DNA of 64,000 nucleotides from an uncultured Phycisphaerales bacterium (GTDB lineage Bacteria; Planctomycetota; Phycisphaerae; Sedimentisphaerales; Anaerobacaceae), in assembly GCA_963772725.1 (NCBI GenBank), contig CAVYYI010000004.1, positions 224,001 to 288,000 of the forward strand, read 5' to 3'. Position 1 is the first letter of the stretch; each line of letters opens with the position of its first letter. The notes under the pieces are model-generated. The model had not been told where the DNA came from. It made no database searches and saw only the letters and a program-made list of their open reading frames with translations. Made by a program: the position numbers and the translations under genes. Shown here one piece after another: positions 1 through 10,803 of the stretch.

Positions 1-1
1 A

Positions 2-1209
2 CCAAAATCGAGCCAGGCGAGTTACATATACAAAATAACCCCGGAGGGTTTTGTAACGAGTGTTTTCAGTGAGCCTGTGGTGCTGTTCTGCCTGGCGAAA
101 AAAGAGCAGACAATTTTCGTCGGTACAGGAAATGACGGACAGCTTTTCGCGGTAGAGCCTGCCGAGGAACAGCAGAAAATCTTGTATAAAAATGAGCAGG
201 CTTCGCAGATAACCGCTGTGGCCATTTCGGGCAGGGATACTTATATCGGTACGGCCAATCCCGCGAAGCTTATAAAACTGGGTGAGAGATTTTCCTCTGA
301 AGGCTCTTATATTTCCAAACTTGTTGACGGGAGTCAGCCGGCGCAATGGGGAAAACTCCAGGTTGACGCGGATATTCCGGAGGATTGTTCGGTTTGGGCG
401 GCCTGTCGAAGCGGAAACGTTAAGGATATTAACAGTCCGACTTTTTCGGCGTGGACAAAGGCTGTCGAATTAAAAGATCCGATTGAGCTTGATTGTCCTG
501 TCGCGAGATTCTGTCAGTATAAATTGATTCTGAAAAGTAATGACGGCAAAAAGAGCCCGCTGGTAAGAGAAATAGCCGTTGCCTATACTGTTCCGAATCT
601 GCCGCCTAAAGTGGAGTCGCTCAATGTCAGCCGAATGGATACGCCTAACAGGCCGGGAATATTGAAAATCAGTTATAAAGCCAGAGATGAGAATAAGGAC
701 AAGCTGATTTACAGGATTGATTTCCGCAAAGCCGGCAGGCAGGAGTGGATAAAAATCAAGGATGAAATTGAACAGGAAAACTTTGAATGGGAAGGCAGGA
801 CTGTCGAGGATGGGCGATATGAAATCAGGCTGGCTGCCAGCGATGAGAGAAGCAATACTCCCGAAACAAAACTGGCGGACAGCAGAATAAGTGACCCTGT
901 TGTCGTCGATAATACCGGACCGGTCATTGGAAATGTTGATATCAAAATTGATGATAGTAAAAAAACAGCGACAATGAAATTGACCGCGCCGATGAACTGA
1001 GCGCTATCGGTAAGCTTGATTATACTGTCAACAGCAATGATAAATGGAAAGGTGTTCTGCCTGATGACCTTGTTTATGATACAACTGTCGAGACGTTTAC
1101 CATTTTTATAGAAAAATTAAATCCCGGCGAAAATGTAATCAGTCTCAGGGCTGTTGACGCTGTCGGCAATGGCACATATAAAAGTTTTGATGTAACCGTG
1201 AAAAAGTAA
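2..1209 (+). CDS. C-terminal part of a large exported beta-propeller / FN3-Ig-like domain protein (5' end outside window; 1-bp frameshift near 985)
   Basis: Frame is open from base 2 and includes ORF 77-1000 (IFVGTGNDGQLF, TYIGTANPAKL, EDGRYEIRLAASD). After a frame change near 985 it continues DELSAIGKLDYTVNS...SLRAVDAVGN...VKK to TAA at 1207-1209. Confidence 0.6.
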
Positions 1210-1218
1210 TTAACGATT

Positions 1219-2073
1219 ATGCGATATATTGATTATGAACAAATTGTAAAGGCTGTCGAATCGCTTTGCGTACAGGCGTGTTATCAGCTGCCGCAGGATG
1301 TGCTGGCTGCCCTCGAAAAAGCCGCCAAGAATGAATCCTCTCCACTGGCGAAAAAGATACTGAATCAGCTTATCGAGAACAGTACCATCGCGAAAAATGA
1401 GAATATACCGTTATGCCAGGATACCGGCCTTACGGTTGCGTTTATCGAGCAGGGGGGCGAAGTCGCGATAAAAGCTCCTGCCGGTAAAACTCTGTTCGAT
1501 GCTGTCAATGACGGCGTTGCCGCCGGTTATGAAAAGGGTTATCTGCGTAAGAGTATTGTGGCTGAACCGTTGAATAATCGGAAAAATACCGGCTCAAATG
1601 TCCCCGCGGTGATTCATTATTTAGTTGTCCCAGGCGACAAGCTCAAAATTACAATTATGGCCAAAGGCGGCGGCTGCGAGAATAAAAGCCAGTTCAAGAT
1701 GTTCCGCCCGACCGCGGATAAGCAAGAAATAATCGACTGGGTGGTTGATGTTGTCAAACAGGCAGGTGCCGATGCCTGTCCGCCTTTTGTGGTCGGTGTG
1801 GGCTTAGGCGGAGATTTCGAATTAAGCTGCCTGTTGAGTAAAAAGGCCCTGCTGCGAAAACTCGGCCAGCGCAGCAGCAGCAAATTTTACGCGGAACTTG
1901 AAACTGATATGCTCAAAAAAATCAATTCACTTGACATAGGCCCGCTGGGCTTAGGCGGCCAAACAACCGCTTTGGATTGTATGGTCGAATTTGCTCCCTG
2001 CCACATCGCCTCATTACCGGCCGCGGTGAATATCGAATGCCACTCCCACCGCCATAAATCGATTGTCATTTGA
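1219..2073 (+). CDS. Fe-S type (class I) fumarate hydratase / tartrate dehydratase, alpha subunit
   Basis: Motifs PLCQDTG, KGGGCEN, ACPP, GLGG.TT, HIASLP, CHSHRH. Confidence 0.92.
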   Translation: MRYIDYEQIVKAVESLCVQACYQLPQDVLAALEKAAKNESSPLAKKILNQLIENSTIAKNENIPLCQDTGLTVAFIEQGGEVAIKAPAGKTLFDAVNDGVAAGYEKGYLRKSIVAEPLNNRKNTGSNVPAVIHYLVVPGDKLKITIMAKGGGCENKSQFKMFRPTADKQEIIDWVVDVVKQAGADACPPFVVGVGLGGDFELSCLLSKKALLRKLGQRSSSKFYAELETDMLKKINSLDIGPLGLGGQTTALDCMVEFAPCHIASLPAAVNIECHSHRHKSIVI

Positions 2074-2086
2074 CCTTAAAGAATAT

Positions 2087-3454
2087 TTAGTCGTCCCTGA
2101 AAAAGTAGATTTCAGTTTCAGGCGGCATATGTAAGCTGGGCAAATTCTGCCGACAGCCCCAAATTTTGAATAAACCGGCAAAGCCAAAAAATAATTTTCC
2201 GCAGCAACTTGCGGATATTAAACCCGCAAGCCTCAATATCGCATTAACCTTATCGCCTTCGACGCCCTTGAGGTAGTTTCTGTCCAGACCGTTATCAGAT
2301 TTACAATGTCCTATCACAGGCTCAATCATACTTCGCCTGCTGTACCACTTTCGAATACTTCTCGGCAGCTTTCGCCAGCCCCTTTTGACGATATGAACCT
2401 CCGCAATATCTCCACAGCCATGACCTTTGTACCCATCATCAACATAAACATCTTCAAAACCTTTTTTATCCAGCAGTTTCATCGTCTGGGAGAGTGTATC
2501 TTTTAACGTATGTCCATCATATGGATTCCCTTCAAAAGCAACCGCTGCGACTACAAAGGCGTTTTGAGCGGGAGACGCCAGTGCCACCTTACAGCCAAAC
2601 TCATACTTCTTGTGTGCCTTGCCCTTGCTTATGCAGTTAACCTCCGGCGCGTGAATACTGTATAGCTTGTTACTGCTGTCCCGTTTCTGTGATAATAACA
2701 TCCTGGACATATCGAGCAATTCTGAAAACTCCTGCTGCAATTGAGGCTTCTGCAATATCTTACGCTCTATATCCCTTGTAACTCTTCCCAGACAGGTCTT
2801 TAGTTTCCTTAATTGCTTATCCGCTTTTTTGAACTGCCTGGCGTGTGAAAATCTGTGCTGCATAACAAAAGCCCTTTTGGCTACCCTCTGATAACTCTGC
2901 CGAAGTTCTATGTCATTATCCTGTGCCTTTTTGACAAGCTTTATTCTCATCTTATGATAAAGGCGTGCATCGGTCGGAAAGGCTGTCGCCTTTTCCTGCA
3001 CCGTTGTATCGACTACTATCTTTTTTAACTGATGCGGTTTAACTGTGCCGGTTTTAAGGCCTGCGCTTATGGTCTGCTCAAGCAGCTTTTCCATACCAGC
3101 GTCCTTAATCCGGTTACGCCATTTGGTCATACTGGTTGGGTCAATCGGAAATTCATGCTGAAAATATTGCTCTCCGCAAAAATACTGCCAGTAAGGATTC
3201 TCTATCCATCTCTCAACTACAGACTCATCGCTGAGATTATATGCGCTTTTGAGATAATGAAGTCCTGCCATAAGGCGGGTGGGTTTGGCTGGTCTGCCGA
3301 AGCCCGGATCATAGAGTTTACCGAAGGCGGCATCAAACTCTGACCAGATGATGATATTTGCCAGTTTATATAAAGGATGCTGCTCGTTTAGTATCTGCTC
3401 CAGCTTCGAGGTGAATAACATTGACTGGGAATTGCTTTGTTGTTTAGGCTGCAT
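2087..3454 (-). CDS. IS5-family DDE transposase (probable frameshift near 2232 altering the C-terminus)
   Basis: Motifs HPLYKLA, GRPAKPTRLMAGL, WIENPYWQYFCG, VDTTVQEK, KGKAHKKYEFGCK, IEPVIGHCK. ATG at 3454 has GGAGGT upstream. The expected ...ACGFNIRKLL ending lies in another frame. Confidence 0.9.
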   Translation of the reverse strand: MQPKQQSNSQSMLFTSKLEQILNEQHPLYKLANIIIWSEFDAAFGKLYDPGFGRPAKPTRLMAGLHYLKSAYNLSDESVVERWIENPYWQYFCGEQYFQHEFPIDPTSMTKWRNRIKDAGMEKLLEQTISAGLKTGTVKPHQLKKIVVDTTVQEKATAFPTDARLYHKMRIKLVKKAQDNDIELRQSYQRVAKRAFVMQHRFSHARQFKKADKQLRKLKTCLGRVTRDIERKILQKPQLQQEFSELLDMSRMLLSQKRDSSNKLYSIHAPEVNCISKGKAHKKYEFGCKVALASPAQNAFVVAAVAFEGNPYDGHTLKDTLSQTMKLLDKKGFEDVYVDDGYKGHGCGDIAEVHIVKRGWRKLPRSIRKWYSRRSMIEPVIGHCKSDNGLDRNYLKGVEGDKVNAILRLAGLISASCCGKLFFGFAGLFKIWGCRQNLPSLHMPPETEIYFFRDD

Positions 3455-3494
3455 AAAAACCTCCATGTTTTGCAAGGAAATTAATAATAAATAT

Positions 3495-5031
3495 GTAATG
3501 GGTCAGTTATGGGTGGGAGATATTGATTTTGCTGTAAGTATTAAGGTCCTCAAGTTTATGGCGTAGGATTTCCGATAAAATCCACAGTTTGATGAGATAA
3601 GACAAACAAATCGGGAATAAACGCAGATGATTTACTGTCAGCAATGCCTTGAAAAACAACGTAAAATCGATGAGCTTCAGGAACAGATAGTTTCACTCAA
3701 GGCAAAATTACGACACAAGGAAAGGACAGCCCAAGAAGGTTTTTTCGGCTCATCCACGCCATCCGCTAAAATTCCCATTAAGCCGAATTGTCAGATAGAA
3801 CACACAAATAATTGCGGCGGAGGCAAAACAGGTCATAAAGGTCACGGCAGAACCGGTGTCTGTGAAAAAGATGCGGACTATGTGCAAAGGGTTAAAGGCA
3901 GCCGATATATGCCCTGATTGCGGAAGCGTTTTGGAGAACAAAGGCACAAGACAACGAGCGGTAATTGATTGCCAGCCTGTTAAGATAAAAAAGCTTCTGT
4001 ATAATTTGGAACGCAAGTATTGTCCGCGATGCCAAAAGGTAGTTGCCGCCAAACCTCCTGGTGTTCTGCCAAAGTGTTTATATTCGAATAATCTGCTTGT
4101 CTATGTGGCAGTACAGCACTATATCTATGGCAATACACTGGGTCAGATAGAAAAACAAACAGGCATCGGCTACAGCAGTATAGTTGACGCTTTGCACCAG
4201 TTGGCAGGGATATTGAAAGATGTTCCCAAATCACTCATAGAAGACTATCGCAAGGCCGCTGTTAAGCACGCTGATGAGACTGGTTGGCGGACAGACGGCC
4301 AGAACGGTTTCTCGTGGCTGTTTTGCACGCCTGATATTAGTATCTTTCGATTCCGCTCCAGCCGTTCTGCCCGTGTAGCCAAAGAGGTTTTTGGCGAAAA
4401 GCCCTTGCCGGGTGTTCTGGTTGTGGATCGCTATAACGGCTACAATAGGATGCCTTGTAAGATTCAATATTGTTATGCACATCTATTGCGTAATGTTAAG
4501 GATTTGGAAAAAGATTTTCCCGAAAACGTGGAAATCAGGTCTTTCGTTGAAGCGTTGGTCTCCCAGTTGGCTAATGCAATCAGCCTTCGCACATTAGATA
4601 TAACAGACCGACAGTTTAAGCGGCAGGCAGCTAAAATTAAGAGAGCCATCATCGATATTGTTAATCACCATGCCAACCATCCGGCCATCCAGAATATGCA
4701 GGATATTTTTCGTGAAAAGGCCGATAGGCTTTACCACTGGGCCGATGACCGTAAGGTACCGGCAGATAACAATTTGGCTGAACGAGAACTGCGTCCGCTT
4801 GTTATTGCCAGAAAGATAAGTTTCGGCTCTCAATCTGAAGATGGGGCAAAAACGCGTGAGATTCTTATGACGGTATTACATACTATGCGAAAAAGATGTC
4901 CGGATGTTGTTGATGCCTTCAAGTCTGCCCTCGACAAACTTGCCGAACAGCCTGATATAGACCTTTCCAAAGTTCTCTTCCGTGCCGACTCATCATAACC
5001 TGCACCTGCCCACCCATAACTGACCCATTAC
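3495..5031 (+). mobile_element. IS66-family element (compact, TnpC-only type), 1537 bp
   Basis: 23-bp perfect IRs GTAATGGGTCAGTTATGGGTGGG (3495-3517) and its reverse complement (5009-5031); 8-bp target duplication ATAAATAT at 3487-3494 and 5032-5039. Confidence 0.95.
3627..4998 (+). CDS. IS66 transposase TnpC (split by a 1-bp frameshift near 3895)
   Basis: N-terminal coiled coil plus SSTPS and GHKGHGR (ORF 3627-3917); CPDCG and CPRC zinc finger, HADETGW, VDRY, QYCYAHLLR, DNNLAERELR (ORF 3856-4998). Confidence 0.9.
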
Positions 5032-5273
5032 ATAAATATCATTTCCTTGCAATTTAGCGCCAGATTTTTAAATTGCAAGCCTTTATATACAAAAAAGTTA
5101 AATTATTTTTCAGGGACGACTATTTAATCGCTGATTACGCGGATACCGCTGATTTTACTTTTCACCACCAAGACTCCAAGACACGAAAGTTGTAATCTGA
5201 TGGAGATTTTGGTATTATTGTTGAAAAAGAAAGCTTGGTTGTGTAGCTATGCGTTTAATATGGGAAATGTCAG

Positions 5274-5906
5274 ATGAATGTCGTTAAATCATTATTATAT
5301 TTTTTAATGTTTATCACTACGGTTTCATTAAGCTCATGTACCTCTTCGAATTCGGAGCAAAGTGTGGCCAAATATTCTGTTATTAAAAAAGAGGGCAATT
5401 TCGAGATTAGACAATATCAGCCTTGCATCGTTGCCGAAACTATAGTTGAATCTGACTTTGATAATGCAGGCAATATAGCCTTCAGGAGGCTTTTTAATTA
5501 TATTTCCGGGCAAAACCGTAAAAAGGAATCTATTGCAATGACAGCACCGGTAAATCAAAAGGTCGTCTCAGAAAAGATTCCTATGACCACACCTGTCAAT
5601 CAGCAGAAGTCTGCTGACAAATTTATTGTTAGTTTCGTTATGCCTTCGAAATACACACTGGAGACTTTACCCCAACCGCTTGACTCAAACATTGTCTTAA
5701 AACAAGTTCCCGCTAAAAAAATTGCTGCGATACGATATTCCGGAACATGGAGCCAAAAGAAATATAATGAACACAAGGCAGAGCTTGAGCAGTTCATTAA
5801 GCAAAATGGTCTCAAGGCTACAGGTACAGATATTTTTGCAAGATATGATCCACCATTTCAACTGTGGTTTCTGAGGCGAAATGAGGTTTGGATACCTGTA
5901 GAATAA
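5274..5906 (+). CDS. SOUL heme-binding family protein, probable lipoprotein
   Basis: FEIRQY, AFRRLFNYISGQN, IAMTAPV, FVMPSKY, ARYDPPF, RRNEVWI; N-terminal hydrophobic stretch ending LSSC. Confidence 0.9.
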   Translation: MNVVKSLLYFLMFITTVSLSSCTSSNSEQSVAKYSVIKKEGNFEIRQYQPCIVAETIVESDFDNAGNIAFRRLFNYISGQNRKKESIAMTAPVNQKVVSEKIPMTTPVNQQKSADKFIVSFVMPSKYTLETLPQPLDSNIVLKQVPAKKIAAIRYSGTWSQKKYNEHKAELEQFIKQNGLKATGTDIFARYDPPFQLWFLRRNEVWIPVE

Positions 5907-5967
5907 TAGAACACTTACAGGGTTTTTTTTGTGTACATATGGAAACTAATCTATTTCTGAAATTATT

Positions 5968-6657
5968 ATGAAAAATCAACTTTTTTTTAAATTATCCTTA
6001 TTACTTACCATTGTATTTATTCAAACAGTCTTCGCCCATCAGCCTCGCATTGTCTATAAGAAACAGATACCTCAAATAAATCCAATGATTATAACAAACC
6101 CTGAGATATCGCAGGTTTTCTATGGCGAGTTAAAAGGACAACCAGAATATTACAAAATTGTTTCCGATAAATCATTTAATCTGTATGTCCGAATTCTATC
6201 CCCCAAAATCGCAGATGCGAGAAAGGACTTCTTCGCTGAAATTGTGAGTGATTCAAATGTTATTGCTATTCTCAACGGTTCAACTTTTAACTGGACTACT
6301 TTTTACGAACCGTTTGTAGGTGACGATTATTGGCAGGGACCTGAATTTCATAAGCAGGAGTCCACAGGCGAATATGTTGTTAAAGTTTATAATTCTGCTA
6401 ATAGCGGGAAATATGTTCTGGTTGTTGGACAAGCAGAGGTTTTTCCGTTGAATGAAACACTTAAGCTATTTGTTTCACTGCCTCAGCTGAAACATTACTT
6501 TGGCAAGCCCGGCTTTAGTGCCTTCTTCAATTTTGTTGGATTATTCTTTTTCATACAGATAATAATTTTTGTGGCAGTGGTTTGGGGAATAGTCTGGTTG
6601 GCAAAAAAACTGAAACAGAAAATATGGACGACGCATAAACGTCTTATTGTTAAATAA
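5968..6657 (+). CDS. Exported hypothetical protein with C-terminal membrane anchor
   Basis: 229 aa; signal peptide ending VFA-HQPR; hydrophobic C-terminal helix followed by a basic tail. Confidence 0.7.
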   Translation: MKNQLFFKLSLLLTIVFIQTVFAHQPRIVYKKQIPQINPMIITNPEISQVFYGELKGQPEYYKIVSDKSFNLYVRILSPKIADARKDFFAEIVSDSNVIAILNGSTFNWTTFYEPFVGDDYWQGPEFHKQESTGEYVVKVYNSANSGKYVLVVGQAEVFPLNETLKLFVSLPQLKHYFGKPGFSAFFNFVGLFFFIQIIIFVAVVWGIVWLAKKLKQKIWTTHKRLIVK

Positions 6658-6719
6658 ATTTGCGGTGCGACATTAGAGTGTGAGTACCAAACAAATTAAA
6701 GTTCTTAAATTCAAAAAAA

Positions 6720-6917
6720 CAGTGTTAATCGGTGTAAATCCGTGTCGAAAACAGAATATGGAATGTAGAACTCAGAAAAAAACTTTGTGGTTTTAGCGTC
6801 TTTGCGGGAAATAAAAATCTGTGTTTATCTGTGTTCTGCGGACAAAATTTGTCTCTCATCGCTCGTATCTCGTATAAAATAAAAGTCTCTGCGTTCTTCG
6901 CGGCCTCGGCGGTTAAA
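6720..6917. repeat. Patchwork of short degenerate tandem repeats (7-10 bp periods)
   Basis: cagtgttaat/cggtgtaaat/ccgtgtcgaa; cagaata/tggaatg/tagaact/cagaaaa; tctctca/tcgctcg/tatctcg; ctctgcgtt/cttcgcggc/ctcggcggt. Confidence 0.7.
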
Positions 6918-6925
6918 AAAGGTGA

Positions 6926-9900
6926 TTACTTGTTTTTGGCGGGTTTTGTGCCGAAAATTCCCAGCGTGTCTTTAATTACCGGCAGCGTTGTAGTTTCTAT
7001 CTTCGGGTCATAGACATTTCCTGAAATCTCTATCCTGACAACCGCCCGCCCTATGCCTTCGGTAAGCGACTGGAAAAGCGATGGTTTGTCGGTTGCGAAC
7101 CTGCTGCCGCGAGCGTTAAGAATAAGGTCGATTTTTTCAGCAGGTATATCCATCCACCCCGTTCCGTCGAAGGCCGCGCTGCGCCCGGACAAATCGAACT
7201 GTTCAAAGAACAATCTGTTATGATTAATATAAGCATCGACAAGCATCTGGCTGAACGCGTAATCCTGCGGCTCGGTAAGTTTCAGTATCATTAATACCTT
7301 CGCCAGTGGCGATAGTTTTCCCACCTGCATATCGGTTATGTTGAGCCTGCACCTGCCTGTTATCGAATTGCTGTCTCCGAACCTGCCGGAAATGCCCAGG
7401 GAACCGTTTATATGTCCGCTGCTATGGCCATTTTGTTTTGTTTCTTTGGCAGGTGCATCCGAAAGAAATTGTTTGAGGTCGGCATCCTTTAAGCTGATTT
7501 CAGCAATATACTGCAATGCCTGCTGTTTGTCCTGCCACATTTTTAGATTGCCGGCTATTCTGCCGCCGTAGAAATATCCGGTCATATCTCTTGTCGATAG
7601 CGTTCCCTGGCTGCTGTCATAATCCAGCCCGGCGGTCAGTTGGGTCAAAGATTTGTTTTTAATTCTTAAACTATCAGCCGCGAAATCTGCGGAAGAGACA
7701 TTTAATCCTTCACCGGCTTTATAACCTCCCTTTACTTTCATAGCGGCGTTAATGTGGGACACTATGGACAATCTGCCCAAACTGAAGTCTTTTAATTTGA
7801 GCGAGCCGGAAAAAACAATATCGTTAATCTCTCCGGCTGAATTTAACATTTTCATATCGCCAATTTCGATATCAAATCTGCCCGCGGGAGATATTTTCAG
7901 GTATTTTTCCCTGATGTTTGGAGGCAGTGCCGCCCCGAGCGTATTATCAGCAGAAATATCCTTTGCTGAAAACTGAAAGGTGCCGTCTTTAAAGTGATGT
8001 TCATCGGTTTCTATTTGTCCATCAACTTTTATGCTTGATGTCTCCTGACCTATGTGGATGCCGTTCGCGGTTTCTGCGGTGATGTTTTTTAACTCGATGC
8101 GGTTCTTTTCTAATTTGATGCAGCCTGTAATGTTCTTCAGCGGATATGGGAATTTACGATAATTTATGCTGTTGCCAAGACAGTCTATTGATATACTGTA
8201 ATCCGGCGTATCCACGCCGTTCGCGTCGTTTACATCGGAGGTCAGCCTGACTTTTCCTGCCGGCTGCAGGTCGGAAGCGATTGCCTTTAACGGTCCTGGC
8301 AGTAAACCGAGCAAATTGTTATTTAGTTCTGCCGGTTCAGTATTGAGTGACAAGCGGTAAAACGGATTTTCGTTTTTGCCGTCAGACCAGATTCGGCCCG
8401 TAAGAAGCTGAATCTTCGCAAACCCTGCGCCGGCAAACCGGCCATAAAAAGCTTTCTGCCTGAACCCAAGGGCATTTTCCAGCGTTGAGTCAATCGGAAT
8501 ATTGTCGGCTTTTATCGCTATATCGTAAGCTATCTTTTGGCCGGAATGACGGATTGTCCTGCCGTTTAATACTATCCTGCGGTCATTAACCTGTGAAATA
8601 ACATCTGAAATAGTTGTTTCATTGCCGTCGAAAGTTAATTTGCCGCTGAGATTTTTCAGCGGATATGGGAAACTATTGAACACCGCATCGACTTTAATGA
8701 GTTCAACGGCGAGGAGATGATTTATTTCTGTCTTGGACCGCTTCCAGAAATGGTAGTCAACCGCGGCAAGGCCGCCTGGTGAAAATTTCGACCAGAGTTC
8801 TTTCTGTTTTTCATTTAATGCGTCATACAGGTCTTTATCCAATGCCATATTTTCGCTTGTCAGCCTTATGTCGTATTGAGCATCCTTCCCCGCCCCGACA
8901 GCATATCCGCTGAACGCCAGATAGACGTCTTTATGGCTGCCCTGCAAGTCCCGCAGCACCGCCTTTTTTTCGGTAATATCAATCAGGCCTGTAATATGCT
9001 CCATAAGATAGGGAAACAAAGAATGGCAAATCGATACGTCCTTGCAATAAACCTGGCCGAGGATTTTGCTTTTATTTAACTGTTCAAAATTGCCCGATGC
9101 CTCAAGTGCGACGTCAACTTGTCCCTGCGGGGTATAACGGTTGATAAATCGCTGCACGATATTAATCATGCCGGAACTTTCCAGGGCTGACTTGTTTATT
9201 AATGCGGGATTGACTTTCAGGCCTTTTTCATATTTGGCCGCGAAGTCTCTTATGTTCAGTTTTAATGAGTAGTTCCTGTTCTTGTCGTAATTCATCTTTA
9301 CAGTCAGTGCCTCTATTTTCCACGAAGCCTCAAACGCGGGCAATTCGTCTGAAGAAATTCCGCCTGTAATCGTTATTTGTCCCGGCTGCCAAAATCCCTT
9401 CAGAGTGCTTTGTGCCCGACCAACACTTTTTCCGGTTGTAATATTAAAGCCGTATCCGCCCTCTGTTTTTTCGTCAAGTCCGAATCTCGCGTCAATGGGT
9501 ATTGCTCCCGCGACCTTAATCTGGCCGCCGGATACTTTGCTGTATTGCAGCTTGCCATTTTTAAGGCGAACAAAAGGCATTTTCCCGCCTCTGCCTTTTG
9601 GCGGATGGATTTCGAGAGATGTTACATTCCATTGGCCTGTTTCCAGATTCTGCTGCGCATCGAAAATAAAATTGTTTATGTTTATTTCCTTCAGTTCAGG
9701 CCGCAGCAGCAGCAAACTTCCTATTCCGAATCGCGCATACACCGTTTCAGCCCTGAGTATTGCATCATTATATTTATGCTCGCGATTAGGCAGAATGGTA
9801 AGTCCTCGAATCAGCACAGAGCCGTTGGGCCGGAATTCAACTGACGAGGTCTTGATTTCCGTATTGGTCAGCTCTCCTATTTGAGCTAAGGCAATTCTGC

Positions 9901-10030
9901 ATAGAGCCTGCCCTCCATACACAAAAATGAATATTAGAATTGACACAAGCAGCAAAAGTTCAAGCAGCCGGCGAAAAAGACTTTTTCTGCCCTTATCGGT
10001 CTTTCCAGGTTTCTTTAAATTTATGAACAT
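6926..10030 (-). CDS. AsmA-like C-terminal domain protein (repeating beta-groove family)
   Basis: 1034 aa, single N-terminal TM helix, repeated FPYPLxNxxG motifs, FYGGRIAG, C-terminal ISGNVYDPKI. Confidence 0.75.
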   Translation of the reverse strand: MFINLKKPGKTDKGRKSLFRRLLELLLLVSILIFIFVYGGQALCRIALAQIGELTNTEIKTSSVEFRPNGSVLIRGLTILPNREHKYNDAILRAETVYARFGIGSLLLLRPELKEININNFIFDAQQNLETGQWNVTSLEIHPPKGRGGKMPFVRLKNGKLQYSKVSGGQIKVAGAIPIDARFGLDEKTEGGYGFNITTGKSVGRAQSTLKGFWQPGQITITGGISSDELPAFEASWKIEALTVKMNYDKNRNYSLKLNIRDFAAKYEKGLKVNPALINKSALESSGMINIVQRFINRYTPQGQVDVALEASGNFEQLNKSKILGQVYCKDVSICHSLFPYLMEHITGLIDITEKKAVLRDLQGSHKDVYLAFSGYAVGAGKDAQYDIRLTSENMALDKDLYDALNEKQKELWSKFSPGGLAAVDYHFWKRSKTEINHLLAVELIKVDAVFNSFPYPLKNLSGKLTFDGNETTISDVISQVNDRRIVLNGRTIRHSGQKIAYDIAIKADNIPIDSTLENALGFRQKAFYGRFAGAGFAKIQLLTGRIWSDGKNENPFYRLSLNTEPAELNNNLLGLLPGPLKAIASDLQPAGKVRLTSDVNDANGVDTPDYSISIDCLGNSINYRKFPYPLKNITGCIKLEKNRIELKNITAETANGIHIGQETSSIKVDGQIETDEHHFKDGTFQFSAKDISADNTLGAALPPNIREKYLKISPAGRFDIEIGDMKMLNSAGEINDIVFSGSLKLKDFSLGRLSIVSHINAAMKVKGGYKAGEGLNVSSADFAADSLRIKNKSLTQLTAGLDYDSSQGTLSTRDMTGYFYGGRIAGNLKMWQDKQQALQYIAEISLKDADLKQFLSDAPAKETKQNGHSSGHINGSLGISGRFGDSNSITGRCRLNITDMQVGKLSPLAKVLMILKLTEPQDYAFSQMLVDAYINHNRLFFEQFDLSGRSAAFDGTGWMDIPAEKIDLILNARGSRFATDKPSLFQSLTEGIGRAVVRIEISGNVYDPKIETTTLPVIKDTLGIFGTKPAKNK

Positions 10031-10038
10031 TCACCTTG

Positions 10039-10698
10039 CTAATTATCTGAAACGATTTTAGCCGATTTTATGACCACCGCTTCTGCCGGAACATCCGCCA
10101 TACCGCTGCGGTTTGTGGTTTTTACGGCGGCGATTTTATCCACAACGTCCATGCCTTCAACAACTTTGCCGAACACGGCATAACCCGGATTGGCTGGACC
10201 TGTATAATCGAGAAAAGTGTTATCCTTGTGATTTATAAAAAACTGTGCCGTTGCGCTGTTGGGGTTATTGGTTCTGGCCATCGCGATTGTGCCTCGTTTG
10301 TTTTTCAGGCCGTTATTTGCCTCGTTGGTAATCGGTGAATGTGTCGGTATCTGCGTCATATCCGCCGTGAATCCGCCGCCTTGTATCATAAAGCCTGATA
10401 TTACACGATGAAATATCGTGCCGTCATAAAATCCCTCTTTGACATAGGTCAAAAAATTCGCAGTTGTAATCGGGGCTGCTTTTTCGTCGAGTTCGATAAC
10501 AATATCGCCCATACTTGTCTCGAGTTTTACTTTCGCGGTTTTCAAATTTGTCTCCTTTGGTTGTTCTGTAATTTTTTTTATTTCAGGTTTTTTATCCTGT
10601 TCCGGTTTCGGTGGCTGTGTCGGACTTTTTTGGCAGCCATGCATCGAAATCGCCGCCGTTGTTAAAAAAACTATCGTATATAAAAATTTGCGAGTCAT
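10039..10698 (-). CDS. Cyclophilin-type peptidyl-prolyl cis-trans isomerase, lipoprotein
   Basis: [43 protein letters not shown]; lipobox MHGC. Confidence 0.95.
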   Translation of the reverse strand: MTRKFLYTIVFLTTAAISMHGCQKSPTQPPKPEQDKKPEIKKITEQPKETNLKTAKVKLETSMGDIVIELDEKAAPITTANFLTYVKEGFYDGTIFHRVISGFMIQGGGFTADMTQIPTHSPITNEANNGLKNKRGTIAMARTNNPNSATAQFFINHKDNTFLDYTGPANPGYAVFGKVVEGMDVVDKIAAVKTTNRSGMADVPAEAVVIKSAKIVSDN

Positions 10699-10803
10699 AA
10701 AACAAATCCTTTTCTGATTTCATAAACTGTTTTACATAAAACATTTAAACCACAATTATAGCAGAATATCCCTATTTTGCAATAAGCGGCAGGATTATTG
10801 AAA

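Larger units (their letters stand above)
2090..5120 (-). mobile_element. IS5-family insertion sequence (about 1486 bp native) carrying a nested IS66
   Basis: 15-bp perfect IRs GTCGTCCCTGAAAAA (2090-2104) and TTTTTCAGGGACGAC (5106-5120); 6-bp target duplication TATTTA at 2084-2089 and 5121-5126. Confidence 0.93.

Noticed and set aside
3856..3917. Programmed frameshift in the IS66 transposase
   Set aside because: No clear slippery heptamer, and identical single-base indels occur throughout the window.
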